Shown here: piece after piece, positions 1 to 9,591 of the stretch
Layout of the letters: each line of letters begins with the position of its first letter
Numbering within the stretch: position 1 is the stretch's first letter
Source of the DNA: a virus
Taxonomy: Duplodnaviria; Caudoviricetes
Reading direction: 5' to 3' (one strand)
DNA: 34,126 nucleotides
IMG/VR virus record: IMGVR_UViG_3300037296_000407
Span: 1-34,126 of that record
The notes under the pieces: generated by a model
What the model was told of the DNA's origin: nothing
The model's input: only the letters and a program-made list of their open reading frames with translations
Databases searched by the model: none
Made by a program: the position numbers and the translations under genes

Positions 1-744
1 TTACTTTGTTATTGGGTCGAGCCTGCCTTTTTGGTCGCCGGCTTCGCTTGCTTTGCTTGTAAATACTCCGGCGGTTGTTGGTGGTGCCATTGTTGGGCTG
101 TGCTTATGGGTTGCGCACTCTGTTGCTATATCTTTAACTGTTGCCATTAGTTCTGATAGTAGTTTAAGCACGTTCTCGCCTTCGCTGCCTAACCATGTTT
201 TGGGGCTGCGGTGGTCTTGTTCTTTGGTTGCTATTACTTTGCGGGTTTCGCATTGTAGGTCGGCTAATTTGCCGATGATGTCTTTTAATGATTCGTCGGT
301 TTTGTTTTCAAAGTTGCCGTGCTCATCAATGTGTTGGTATACACCATCGCGTACTTGGGTGCGGGTTTCACCTTCTTTGATTGCGGGTAAGTCCCAACCA
401 AAGGGTAATACTGTTCTAATGAATGGTTTATCGGCTCGGCCGTATGCAAAGCCAATTTCTACAATTGAATTAATAGCCGGTGGTTCTAGTCGGCCTGCTT
501 TATCGCCTGCGCCTGGCAATGGTAGCGGCACGGCTTGAAGTGGTTTTGATTTAGTGTCTGTTCCGTTTTCGTCAATGAGCTGAACGTTAACAGCATAGCG
601 TGGGTAGAATGCATCGCTGCCGCGTTCGCCATCATCGGTTGGCAGTTCTGGCAATGCAACTACTCTGCCCCAGCGTGGTAAATGTAATTGGCCGGTTAGT
701 TCTGGAAACAACCGGCGCACAATTCTTAATATTGATTTTTCCAT
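1..744 (-). CDS. Baseplate spike / gpV-like protein
   Basis: ATG at 744 just after the upstream stop; OB-fold-like N-terminus (P..G..VEIGFAYG...PFIR) and C-terminal H-x-H (THKH) spike-tip motif; last gene of the tail operon. Confidence 0.75.
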   Translation of the reverse strand: MEKSILRIVRRLFPELTGQLHLPRWGRVVALPELPTDDGERGSDAFYPRYAVNVQLIDENGTDTKSKPLQAVPLPLPGAGDKAGRLEPPAINSIVEIGFAYGRADKPFIRTVLPFGWDLPAIKEGETRTQVRDGVYQHIDEHGNFENKTDESLKDIIGKLADLQCETRKVIATKEQDHRSPKTWLGSEGENVLKLLSELMATVKDIATECATHKHSPTMAPPTTAGVFTSKASEAGDQKGRLDPITK

Positions 745-746
745 CG

Positions 747-1436
747 TTACCAACTTATCGTCATGTTTGTGCCTTTAAACTCAACAGCGGTTATGCGTTC
801 GCCGTTGGCTATTACGTTTGGCCGTATCATTGGGGCTGCGGGTATTTTTGCGGTTTTGCCTGATTGATGATCGGTCATTAGTTCGTTGGCTATGGTTACG
901 GGTTTATCGTACCAAAACGAATCGGCATAGCTGCCAACAAAAACTTTGCCGTTGCCTTGTTGGTACCACACAAAATCAGCAATGCGGAACGCGCGGCCAA
1001 TGTTGTTTAACATGGCATAGCCTGAGCTATCAGAGTAAAAGCACGGTATAGCCGTATCAGCATAGGCTTTATCGGGTATAACAAATTCAACGCCTGTTTG
1101 CACTGTGATTTCTTCAAGCACTTGGCGCATAGTTGGGTGGCGCAGCATTACCGTTAAATTGTAAGCGAGTGATGCCGCCCATTCACGGCAAAATAGCGTA
1201 TACCAGCCATTTACGGCTGGCATTACACGTTCAACATAACCGTTAAATACGCGGTCAACCATATCGCCCCAACCAAGATCAACCGCAACCGGTGCTAACT
1301 TAGCCACACTTTGGTTAACGGTTATTTGGCAGTTGCCTGGCGTTGATGCTTGTAGCACTATCCAATGGTCTTTCATATCAACTTTGTTATCGTTGATATA
1401 AGTACGGGCAATAAAACGCGCATTGGCGGTAGTCAT
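747..1436 (-). CDS. Baseplate hub / gpD-like tail protein
   Basis: 229 aa; position before the spike gene as in HP1/K139-type phages; TAATG coupling to the upstream gene. Confidence 0.65.
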   Translation of the reverse strand: MTTANARFIARTYINDNKVDMKDHWIVLQASTPGNCQITVNQSVAKLAPVAVDLGWGDMVDRVFNGYVERVMPAVNGWYTLFCREWAASLAYNLTVMLRHPTMRQVLEEITVQTGVEFVIPDKAYADTAIPCFYSDSSGYAMLNNIGRAFRIADFVWYQQGNGKVFVGSYADSFWYDKPVTIANELMTDHQSGKTAKIPAAPMIRPNVIANGERITAVEFKGTNMTISW

Positions 1437-1927
1437 TATGCTGTTCTCAATGTTTCAAAGTTTTTTTGGAGATGATCACCAATATTTGCATATTGCACCC
1501 CGCCGCCGCCACCTTGCACATTGGCCGTTGCATCGGGTGTACGCTCTTCTACTTTTTGTGGCACTGAGCTGTATTCTGTAAGCGTAAAACTAATCGCCCA
1601 TTGTCGGGTTGTTTGCTGCTCTACCGCTTCAATTTTACTGCTAAAGCGCACCTGCTTAACACCCAGCGCACTGGCCGTGTGATTGCTAATGCGATAAATA
1701 GCACGCGCGCCACTTTCGGTGGCTTCAGCCATGTTAAACAATTCCGCTAAATGCTCAGCTTTGTTAAATGGCAATAAACCATTAACCGACAGCGTTTTAG
1801 CTTTTATACCTGTTTCGGCCACGTCGGTGCTTGAGCTTTGCCCGCTGGCATCTTCGCTGGCAAGCTCTTGGCTTGCCGTAATACGAAGTGACTTAAGGGT
1901 TATAGCTAAGGAGTTTAATGTAAGCAT
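1436..1927 (-). CDS. Baseplate complex / tail tube initiator-like protein
   Basis: 163 aa; D.SGQ.SST..AE.G.K.K motif typical of HP1-type tail genes; synteny. Confidence 0.6.
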   Translation of the reverse strand: MLTLNSLAITLKSLRITASQELASEDASGQSSSTDVAETGIKAKTLSVNGLLPFNKAEHLAELFNMAEATESGARAIYRISNHTASALGVKQVRFSSKIEAVEQQTTRQWAISFTLTEYSSVPQKVEERTPDATANVQGGGGGVQYANIGDHLQKNFETLRTA

Positions 1928-1936
1928 TTTTTAGCC

Positions 1937-2206
1937 CTAATTACTCAGTGGATAACGCGCTTTTATTTCGGTTACTTTGTCGCGCCATAGCGTTAAAGAT
2001 TCGGGTGTGCCGTCAAATTGTGCTTCCATGTATAGTGGGTCTGACTCTCGCTTGTATGCGGCTTCGCGCTTTACAATATTTTGGCTTAGCTCAAATTGCT
2101 GCTGATTTAATACAGATTCAATTTGCTCTTGGCCCATACCTAGCGCTTGCATATATTCAGCGCTTGTATCGTTGTGGCTTTCGCCTTTGTAGATATAATT
2201 GGACAT
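1937..2206 (-). CDS. Putative tail fibre assembly protein
   Basis: 89 aa directly after the fibre gene; R..AY..ESDPL...W..KV.EIKARYP motif. Confidence 0.55.
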   Translation of the reverse strand: MSNYIYKGESHNDTSAEYMQALGMGQEQIESVLNQQQFELSQNIVKREAAYKRESDPLYMEAQFDGTPESLTLWRDKVTEIKARYPLSN

Positions 2207-2223
2207 GGTTTTACCTTTTAAAT

Positions 2224-3768
2224 TTATGCAAAAAATGCAGGACGAAAACTGATTGATTTACTCGTATTTAATCGGTTGCTATCAACGTTCAGTGCTCCTA
2301 AACCGCAGATAACTCCAAGCGCCCATGTACCCCCTCTGATTGGGAATCTATACCCGTAATTTCGGCAATAAAGCTGGCCTTTCATTGTGCTTCCCGTTTC
2401 AGACTCAATAAGTAAACGGCGGAGCAACTCAATACCTTGATAGCTCTCAGATTTTGTCATTTCTGTTAAATTTTCAACACTTAAATAAGGGCCATTGTAC
2501 CCATTGTCTCCTATGTCCCCGTTACCATTCTCTCTTATGGTGTTAAGAACTGGAGCACCAGCACGTGTTTTTCCTGTATTAATAGAGATAGGCGAATCTA
2601 AAAACGCATCTAACGATTGCCAATCCTGCTCAATTTCAGCGGGGTTATTATCTAATGTTGTTACAATCTGCCCTTCATTAAGCACCATTTGGTCAAGCCA
2701 TTCCCATACATTACCTATTAAGTCTTGAACACCCCATTCAGAATGGTCATGAGACCATGTTGCAGGTCCTTTGCCGGTATCAGTCCTTCCTGTACCTGAC
2801 GTATCTCCGGGTACTCCATTATCCGCACGTCGGGCTGTTTCTATTTTATTTTCGTGGCTTTGACCATAGTTAGTATTGCCGCGCGGTACTGTGTTGTTGG
2901 CTAGTGACCACAGCGCTATTGCTGCCCATTCGTGAATACTCATTAAGTGCCAGCCCGTGCCTTTGTTATTACACAATGCTTTTGCTGTATCGTAGTCAAC
3001 TTCAGTTAGTGGCTGTACGCCGCCTACTACTGCACAGCCATTTTCGGCGGGTGATGCTAAATATTTTGCAATGAGTACTTCGCCAAGTTCTTCGCCATCG
3101 CGTAAAAACATTGTTGGTGTGCCAGTGCCTAGCTTTAGGTCTGCGCCGGTTCTATCTAAAATAGCTTGGTTTATGTCTTCGTAATTAAAGCGAGGAATGC
3201 GCACCATTACATTTTGGTTGCCTTGGTCATCAATTATTACGGTATTACGCCCGCCCGATGCGTTTTCAATTGCTTTTTTATACGTTGCCATTTGTAGTTC
3301 TAACGCGTCTATACGCGGCGTGTAGTCAAACATCCATGATTCTGCCGGTATTGTTATTTGCGAAAGTGCGGCAGCACCTGCAAATTGCAATACAAACGAT
3401 CGGTTATGTACGTTGTTAACGCCCGCTCTTTTGCGTTGCAGCGGCAAGTAATCAAGCGCAATTAGTGTGCCGTCGGTAGTAACTAGGCCTATCCAATTGT
3501 AATCAAAGTCGCCAACGTCTTGGTCTAGCACAACCGACCAGGCAACCGTGTTTTCGTCTACTTTACCGGCGGCATCTATATCGCGGCGGTGCATTATTTC
3601 TAGTTCAGCCGGCAAGCCTTGAGCTGGGTCGCGCGGTATGTTTTCGGTTATGCCTGGAACATTCGCTATTACAATTTCTTTTACTTCTAAACCTTGGTTT
3701 AGTAGCGTTTTGTCTGCAATGTACTGCGTACCTGCGTTTGTAATTATGCCTAGCACTGCGTCTGTCAT
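2224..3768 (-). CDS. Tail fibre / receptor-binding protein: N-terminal tail-collar (DUF3751-like) domain plus C-terminal Mtd-like CLec/FGE-sulfatase-fold domain
   Basis: N-terminal ITNAG and GDFDYNWIGL motifs; C-terminal GWHLMS..EW, G..DL.GNVWEW and RGG.W...G..AL.....R.....I.FRPA motifs. Confidence 0.85.
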   Translation of the reverse strand: MTDAVLGIITNAGTQYIADKTLLNQGLEVKEIVIANVPGITENIPRDPAQGLPAELEIMHRRDIDAAGKVDENTVAWSVVLDQDVGDFDYNWIGLVTTDGTLIALDYLPLQRKRAGVNNVHNRSFVLQFAGAAALSQITIPAESWMFDYTPRIDALELQMATYKKAIENASGGRNTVIIDDQGNQNVMVRIPRFNYEDINQAILDRTGADLKLGTGTPTMFLRDGEELGEVLIAKYLASPAENGCAVVGGVQPLTEVDYDTAKALCNNKGTGWHLMSIHEWAAIALWSLANNTVPRGNTNYGQSHENKIETARRADNGVPGDTSGTGRTDTGKGPATWSHDHSEWGVQDLIGNVWEWLDQMVLNEGQIVTTLDNNPAEIEQDWQSLDAFLDSPISINTGKTRAGAPVLNTIRENGNGDIGDNGYNGPYLSVENLTEMTKSESYQGIELLRRLLIESETGSTMKGQLYCRNYGYRFPIRGGTWALGVICGLGALNVDSNRLNTSKSISFRPAFFA

Positions 3769-4409
3769 GGTGTCTCCTTTGCGATACTAATGCCGCTGAT
3801 TTTGTTAATAAAACCAAACTTAATGTTGGCATTTATTTTGTTTTTGCCTGGAATGTTGGTTTGACTGGTTATGTGTGTGTGGTCGTGTTGAACCAGCGTG
3901 TTACCCGTTTTTAAAAATACATTTACTTTGTTATGAACGGCTAATTGATAGCGGCGACACGTGCGCCCGTACTGACGAATAATGTTTTCTATTAGTTGGC
4001 TTGATTGCGATAGCTCTGAGTCTATTAATTGCACTCTAATTACGTCCCAATCAACAAACTCTATGCGCTCATCAATACTGATAATTTGCACGCCCAGCTT
4101 TTTAAACATAAAGTGCCAGCCGTCTATGCTACCTGCGCCTTTTGCAAATTTAAGCGCGTATTTAACGCGAATACGGTATAGCTGTTCGGTTTCTTGTGGA
4201 ATTTGTTCTATATCACGTTCCCACGCTAATAAATGCACTAAAGCAAGCTCTGCTGTCATTGGGTCAAGTTGCGCAGTTGGCCATGCGAGTATTTCATTAA
4301 GCCGTTGCCAAAAAGCTATGCAACCAAGTCTAAATTTATCTAATTCGCTAAGCGGTTTTGCAAGCCAGTAAGGCAGCTTAATTAATGCGCTCCAATCAAT
4401 ATTAATCAT
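3765..4409 (-). CDS. Baseplate wedge / tail protein I-like
   Basis: W...QLDP.T....L..LLAWER.I and YGRTCRRY motifs; lies between gpJ and the fibre gene. Confidence 0.8.
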   Translation of the reverse strand: MINIDWSALIKLPYWLAKPLSELDKFRLGCIAFWQRLNEILAWPTAQLDPMTAELALVHLLAWERDIEQIPQETEQLYRIRVKYALKFAKGAGSIDGWHFMFKKLGVQIISIDERIEFVDWDVIRVQLIDSELSQSSQLIENIIRQYGRTCRRYQLAVHNKVNVFLKTGNTLVQHDHTHITSQTNIPGKNKINANIKFGFINKISGISIAKETP

Positions 4410-4411
4410 GG

Positions 4412-5605
4412 TTAGGCATTCCCATTGGTAACTGTAACGCCTGTTAGCCTTGGCACATTATTATCGCTGGTTATGTCGTTTTGACCCCAGTTTAATGATT
4501 CAATACCGCTAAATTCACGGTGTAATTCTTGGCCTAACCGGCTAAAGCTAAAACGGCTATTAGGTGCTGTTTTTGTGGCTGCGTAGTTGTTGTTTTCTCT
4601 AAATGCGCTGCGTATAAAGTTTTCAATATTTTCAAGCAGTGCGTTTACTTCCTCTGTAAGTAAGTTGTTTTTAGGGTAAACCGTTACGCTAATTGCATGA
4701 TCGGTGCCTGGTAATGCAAATATTTGCAGGTCGTCGCCATGGCCGTGGTATCCCTTGGCGTTTACGTGCTCGTTTAAGTCTGCAATTAATTGGGCTGATG
4801 GCTCGCCAGCATCTAATAAAATATAGGCATTTGCTGTGCCTGGTCCACGTGGCGCGCTGTGCTCAAAAAATATGTTGTTGGTATTTAACCCTGATTTTTC
4901 GGTTAATATTGCGGTGTATACCGCATCTATATGCCACGGCGCGGCGGCGGTAAACGCGTTGCGGGTACGGCTTTTTAGCTCTTCGTTTGTTTCGGCATCT
5001 GCACCTAGCTCTGTTAACCAGTCGGCATCGTTATTAACGCGGCCAATGCCTGTTACGCTTTCGGGCAAAATATGAAAATACCCTGCACCAAGGTTGTAGT
5101 CTTCGCCTGCATTTTCTGCAATTACAGGGGCTAAAACACTTAGTTCACCCTCTTGCATAATAACGTCAGTAGTTGTTTTTACACGGTAAGTTATACCGTT
5201 AATTTCATCGGTTTGGACTACTGTGCCTGCTGATATTAGCAAACTTGGGCCAAGGCTGGCGGCTCTGTAAAACGTTATGTTGCCTTTTGCTCTTTGGTTT
5301 TGCTTGCGGGTTAGGTCGTGCTCCCACGCTTTGGTTTCTATAAACTCGTCGTCGGTTGCGGTTTGCAAAAACATGTTGGGCAATATTTTATCTATGAGTA
5401 ATTTATTTACTATAAACGTAGCGGGCTTTGCTATAAGTAAAGACACTAAGCGCCAAAATGATGAATAAGACGAGTCGTTCTCTATTATGCTGCCTGCTGC
5501 GTCAACGTCCTGCCTAAATAAAGCAATCCACCCCTCTTCGGTTGTCGGTATACCTGCGTTTTCTACAATCTTTTTAAAATCAATCGTTGGGGTTAAGTCA
5601 GCCAT
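4412..5605 (-). CDS. J: Baseplate J/gp47 family protein
   Basis: 397 aa; A..AG..YNL, GAD.E..EEL..R and RGPGT motifs. Confidence 0.9.
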   Translation of the reverse strand: MADLTPTIDFKKIVENAGIPTTEEGWIALFRQDVDAAGSIIENDSSYSSFWRLVSLLIAKPATFIVNKLLIDKILPNMFLQTATDDEFIETKAWEHDLTRKQNQRAKGNITFYRAASLGPSLLISAGTVVQTDEINGITYRVKTTTDVIMQEGELSVLAPVIAENAGEDYNLGAGYFHILPESVTGIGRVNNDADWLTELGADAETNEELKSRTRNAFTAAAPWHIDAVYTAILTEKSGLNTNNIFFEHSAPRGPGTANAYILLDAGEPSAQLIADLNEHVNAKGYHGHGDDLQIFALPGTDHAISVTVYPKNNLLTEEVNALLENIENFIRSAFRENNNYAATKTAPNSRFSFSRLGQELHREFSGIESLNWGQNDITSDNNVPRLTGVTVTNGNA

Positions 5606-5940
5606 TATTGTGCCTCTATGATCAGTGATGAAATAGCGCCAAATTCGATGGTTTTAGCATGTACCCACCATTGGCCTTTTTGATTGCTGTTTTGCTGTAC
5701 TTTCACCGTGCCTGGCATAATGCGTAAATCATCTTCAACGAGTAATTGTATTTGCGTTTGGGTGTCGCTGGTTGCGCCTGTTCCTCTATCGCTTACGAGT
5801 AAGTTTGCAAGCCCGGTGTCTAAAATGGCGTGCACTATGTCTTGGGCTATTACGTCACGATCGGTTAAATACGTTGGGTTATTACCTGCATCTAACACCA
5901 CGTCGCCGTTTAGTATTTGTATGTCTCGGTAGGTGCTCAT
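5605..5940 (-). CDS. Baseplate protein (DUF2590 / gpW-gp25-like)
   Basis: IAQDI.HAI..GL and VE.D.RI.PGT motifs; lies between tape measure and gpJ. Confidence 0.8.
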   Translation of the reverse strand: MSTYRDIQILNGDVVLDAGNNPTYLTDRDVIAQDIVHAILDTGLANLLVSDRGTGATSDTQTQIQLLVEDDLRIMPGTVKVQQNSNQKGQWWVHAKTIEFGAISSLIIEAQ

Positions 5941-7937
5941 GCTTGCATTTCCACAAAGTTCATAAAGTTAGTTTCGCCTTTGGCTGGGTACACGTTTACT
6001 GTGCCTACCTGCGTTGATTTTTGCTGATTAGCGTTGCTAATTTTTTGCGTAATACCGCCCTTTTCTGCGCGGCTTTTTACTGGTTCAATGGCGGCAATGC
6101 TAGGTATTGCACTTGTGCTTTGCTTTTCACTCTGCTGGCTTTTAACATTTTCGGGCACAATTGGCTGAGCAAATGGCAATACGTTATTTGGCGCTGTTTG
6201 CTCGTACGGCATTAATGGCGTAGGCGTTTTTACATTGTCTGGCACGGCTGGCTGTGCAAATGGCACTACGTTATTTGGCACTGTTTGCTCGTACGGCATT
6301 ACTGGCACTTGTTGTATTGGTGCCTTAATGTTTTCAGGCACTGTGTTATCTATGGGTGCGATTTCTGGCGTTACTTCAATATCAACACCGGGGATCATGT
6401 TTAATTTTTCTATTATCCAGTCCATGGTGTCATTAAACATACCCTTAATGCCGCCCCATACGCTGCTAAAAATACCGCTAATAGCTTTTATCCAGCCCCA
6501 TTCGCTCATGGTTGCTTTTAGGTCGTCCCAGTAATAAATCAGAGCGCCAACGGCGGCTATTGCTAAGGTAATGCCTGCGATAATTAAACCAATTGGGTTG
6601 GCGTACATCACTAGGTTTACTGCGAACATAACTGCCCTTAAGGCGCTTAATCCCGATGTAAGCGCGGCATTAATACCAGCCCATGCCATAGCGCCCACAC
6701 CCCACGCAACCATAGCCATATTTGCTGCACCCATTATTAAAGTAAATAAACCGCCTGCAGCAACAAGGCCAAGTAACGCAACAGCGCCATAACCAATGTA
6801 TTTAGTAAGCGTTGGAAATTCTTCGGTAAAGGCCACTACACCGGTGCCCATACCAGCAATCATGCCTACAAAGTCGTTAAATACCGGCAGTATTGCCGTG
6901 CCCCACGCAGCACGAATAACAAACCAGCTTTGGCTTAGTCGCTCGCTTTGGTCGGTCATGCTAATGGCCATTTTTTCGGCTTGTTGCATGCCCGTAACAT
7001 CACCTAGGTCGTTTATTGATTTTCCTAGGCCATCAATGTCGTTCATTAGTAATTTTATAGTGCCTACGGCTTCTGCTGATCCAAATGCTTTTTTAAGTTC
7101 GTCGCCTTCGGCTACGTCTATGGTTTCGCCATATTTGCCTTTAATTTGGTTTAGTATGTCAACCATTGGCAGCATTGCGCCTTGGCTGTCGGTAAAACTT
7201 AAATTAAGGGCGTCTTGGGCTTTACCTACACCTGCTAAAAACGATTTATATTTTGTACCGGCTTCACTGCCTGACATAGTGGCTTGCAATGTGCCGAGTA
7301 TGGCCATTTGCTCGTTCATACCAATACCGGCGCTTGTTGCTTCAGCACCAATTGATGTAAACGCCGATGACATCTCAGCGCCCGTTGTTTTAAACGCTTG
7401 TACGGCTGTGGCCGTCATGCCTGTTAGCTGCTCAACCCACTGACTTTTACCCATGTCATTGGCTTGGTTTTTAAATATGCCATACATGGTGCCCATGTAA
7501 TTTGTAATCGTGCCTGCATCGGCTTTGGTAGCTGCGGCCAGTACGTTGCTTGATAGCGTGAACGCTGATAGGTCGGCATCGTTAAGCCCTGCTATGGCGC
7601 TTTGTATGTCGTAACTTGATTTAACAAATTCGGTAGACGATTTGCCGTACTTAAGCGCAAATTCGTATGATGTATCGGTAAGTTGTTTTAATGCTGATTC
7701 GCGCACGCCTAGCGATTTAACTTCGCCTAGTGCGCGGTCCATTTCTATGGCTGGCATGAGTGCGTTTTGTAGTGCATAACCACTGGCGGCAATACCCGCA
7801 ACGCCCGACGCCATTTTCATGGTGCCGCGTTGGTAGTCGTTGGTTAACCCATTAAGGCTACCGCTTATTTTAGCAATAGGCTTTGTTATTTGGTCAATCA
7901 TGCCAACGGTAAACATTAGCGGTTGCGGTAAACTCAT
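5937..7937 (-). CDS. Tail tape measure protein
   Basis: 666 aa, Ala/Gly-rich and helical; GSEAGT..K motif, hydrophobic segment with ANPIG. Confidence 0.93.
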   Translation of the reverse strand: MSLPQPLMFTVGMIDQITKPIAKISGSLNGLTNDYQRGTMKMASGVAGIAASGYALQNALMPAIEMDRALGEVKSLGVRESALKQLTDTSYEFALKYGKSSTEFVKSSYDIQSAIAGLNDADLSAFTLSSNVLAAATKADAGTITNYMGTMYGIFKNQANDMGKSQWVEQLTGMTATAVQAFKTTGAEMSSAFTSIGAEATSAGIGMNEQMAILGTLQATMSGSEAGTKYKSFLAGVGKAQDALNLSFTDSQGAMLPMVDILNQIKGKYGETIDVAEGDELKKAFGSAEAVGTIKLLMNDIDGLGKSINDLGDVTGMQQAEKMAISMTDQSERLSQSWFVIRAAWGTAILPVFNDFVGMIAGMGTGVVAFTEEFPTLTKYIGYGAVALLGLVAAGGLFTLIMGAANMAMVAWGVGAMAWAGINAALTSGLSALRAVMFAVNLVMYANPIGLIIAGITLAIAAVGALIYYWDDLKATMSEWGWIKAISGIFSSVWGGIKGMFNDTMDWIIEKLNMIPGVDIEVTPEIAPIDNTVPENIKAPIQQVPVMPYEQTVPNNVVPFAQPAVPDNVKTPTPLMPYEQTAPNNVLPFAQPIVPENVKSQQSEKQSTSAIPSIAAIEPVKSRAEKGGITQKISNANQQKSTQVGTVNVYPAKGETNFMNFVEMQA
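6141..6306. repeat. 87 bp (29 aa) tandem duplication in the tape measure C-terminus
   Basis: acgttatttgg at 6181 and 6268; peptide MPYEQT.PNNV.PFAQP.VP.NVK occurs twice, with a partial third copy. Confidence 0.9.
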
Positions 7938-8129
7938 TTACTTGCCCCCAAAGGCCTTGCACACAGCATTAGTGATTATGTTTTCTAGGTTTTCGCGCTG
8001 GTTTTTATACAACCAACCAGCGCGGGCTAGGTTTTGTTCGTCGTCTTGCTCATGTGGCAAAAAATGACGGCGTAAAATAAACAGTTGTTCAAGCTGATTC
8101 GAGTCGATTGAATCAATCAGCCCTTCTAT
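7938..8129 (-). CDS. Tail assembly chaperone -1 frameshift extension (gpE'/GT-like)
   Basis: Open frame without a proper start (IEGLIDSIDSNQLEQLFILRRHFLPHEQDDEQNLARAGWL...FGGK*), in the -1 frame after GTA AAA AAA TAG; its stop abuts the tape measure ATG. Confidence 0.85.
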   Translation of the reverse strand: MEGLIDSIDSNQLEQLFILRRHFLPHEQDDEQNLARAGWLYKNQRENLENIITNAVCKAFGGK

Positions 8130-8392
8130 TTTTTTACGGCAATTTCCAGTACTGGCGAAAACTCTGCTTTAAGCATTGACGCAATTTGCAGCTCAGAACC
8201 TGGTGAGCTTTCAAGTACCTTTTTAAGATCAGGTTTTTGCTTGTCGTCAATAGTGCGCATTACCATGTTGTGCGACGCTGCGGTCATTGAGCCGCCGCGT
8301 GCTACTAGGTCTACAAAGTCGCTGTGATCTTGCACTGTCATGTTAAAAGTAAAATCAGTACCGGCGATGGTTAATATAATTGCTTGTTTCAT
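8126..8392 (-). CDS. Tail assembly chaperone (gpE/G-like)
   Basis: 88 aa ending in VKK at a slippery A7 run; lies upstream of the tape measure gene. Confidence 0.85.
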   Translation of the reverse strand: MKQAIILTIAGTDFTFNMTVQDHSDFVDLVARGGSMTAASHNMVMRTIDDKQKPDLKKVLESSPGSELQIASMLKAEFSPVLEIAVKK

Positions 8393-8395
8393 GGG

Positions 8396-8641
8396 TTAAT
8401 CCTTAGATTTGGTTAATAGTCTTTCGAGTGTGTCAAATCCGTTTTGTAGTTGGCGCTCCATGCGTTCGGTTAATTTGTCAAAATCGGTTTTAGTGGCGTA
8501 GGTTTCGGCCACATGTGTTTTATGATCGCTTAGCTCTTTGGCCGTATCTTTATTTGCTCGGCTTATCGCCACAATAATGGGCACTAATACACTTAAAATT
8601 AATGCGGCTGTTGATATTGCAACCATGATCCACTGTGTCAT
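8396..8641 (-). CDS. Single-TM coiled-coil protein of the lysis cassette
   Basis: N-terminal hydrophobic helix followed by a helical charged domain; ATGA overlap with the holin gene. Confidence 0.6.
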   Translation of the reverse strand: MTQWIMVAISTAALILSVLVPIIVAISRANKDTAKELSDHKTHVAETYATKTDFDKLTERMERQLQNGFDTLERLLTKSKD

Positions 8642-9027
8642 TTTGCTACTCCTTTAATTTTTTCGACTGTCCTTAAACTTGCTAAGCCAAGTAATGCGAG
8701 TGTTAATTCCATCATTACATCGGTTGGTAGCTCTGGCGTTCCTGCCTCTGGCATAATCCATTGCAAAATTGGGTTTATTAAAAAGGTAAACAAAAAGCCA
8801 AAACCACACACCCATAGTAAAAAGGGGCGAGCACCTGCAACAAAAACAGAGCGGTGTTGTGCTGCATGGGTATTAGCTAGTGCTTGCATTAGCAGAGGTT
8901 TTTGCTTAATTTCTGCTAAATCGTTGCTTAGCTGCTGGCGTTCTTCGTCTGATGTAAATAACGCATCACCCGCTTTGCCAATCGCTTCAATTGGGTTGCC
9001 ACCCACTAAGTTTGATAACCAGCCCAT
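8638..9027 (-). CDS. Holin (3TM / GTA-holin-like)
   Basis: LFTSDEER, FVAG.RPF..W and LLGL..LRT.EK.KG motifs. Confidence 0.85.
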   Translation of the reverse strand: MGWLSNLVGGNPIEAIGKAGDALFTSDEERQQLSNDLAEIKQKPLLMQALANTHAAQHRSVFVAGARPFLLWVCGFGFLFTFLINPILQWIMPEAGTPELPTDVMMELTLALLGLASLRTVEKIKGVAK

Positions 9028-9029
9028 AA

Positions 9030-9587
9030 TTAGTGCCCTGCCTGTTTTAAGTAACTTGCTTCACGCCAGCGGCGCGTTGTGTATCGGTCGCCAAAATCAA
9101 CAAGTTCTCTGATCATGGCCTGCAAGTTTTGGGTTATGGCCGTGCGCCAAAAGTTGGGGCAACGCTTTGCTAAATCGCCATACTGAAACGCTACCGATGC
9201 AATCACGGTTTGCATGGGTTCTGGCAGTTGCTCAAACTTAATAGCTGAATGCTGGTTGTACTTTTTAGCTAATAGGTTGATTGACTCACACTTTACGCAT
9301 TCATCAATTAGCCGTGCTTCATCATCCGTAACGTTAAGCGGCATTAGGTTAAGTGCCATTTCAGCGTGTTCGCCGTGTTGCTCGCAATACGGTAATAACT
9401 TATCTATTAATTGCGGTTTAGCTTTGAACATACGCTCTAGGTCTTCGCGTGATCGCTGGCCAATATCAAAGCCAGTGGCAATGGTTACTCCAGATTTAGA
9501 GTTGGCTGCATCTGGCACATAACCGGTTAGCTGCGCGCCGCCTTCTAGTTCTGAAATAAAGCTGTAATTCACTTTGATATTGTTCAT
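9030..9587 (-). CDS. Endolysin, pesticin C-terminal-like muramidase
   Basis: FI..LEG...GYVP...SGVTIATGFD.GQ, QTVIASVAFQYG and RR.REA.YL motifs. Confidence 0.88.
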   Translation of the reverse strand: MNNIKVNYSFISELEGGAQLTGYVPDAANSKSGVTIATGFDIGQRSREDLERMFKAKPQLIDKLLPYCEQHGEHAEMALNLMPLNVTDDEARLIDECVKCESINLLAKKYNQHSAIKFEQLPEPMQTVIASVAFQYGDLAKRCPNFWRTAITQNLQAMIRELVDFGDRYTTRRWREASYLKQAGH

Positions 9588-9591
9588 TTTG

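Noticed and set aside
1937-2206. Possible DGR accessory Avd after the Mtd-like gene
   Set aside because: Motifs fit a tail fibre assembly protein; no template repeat or RT adjacent
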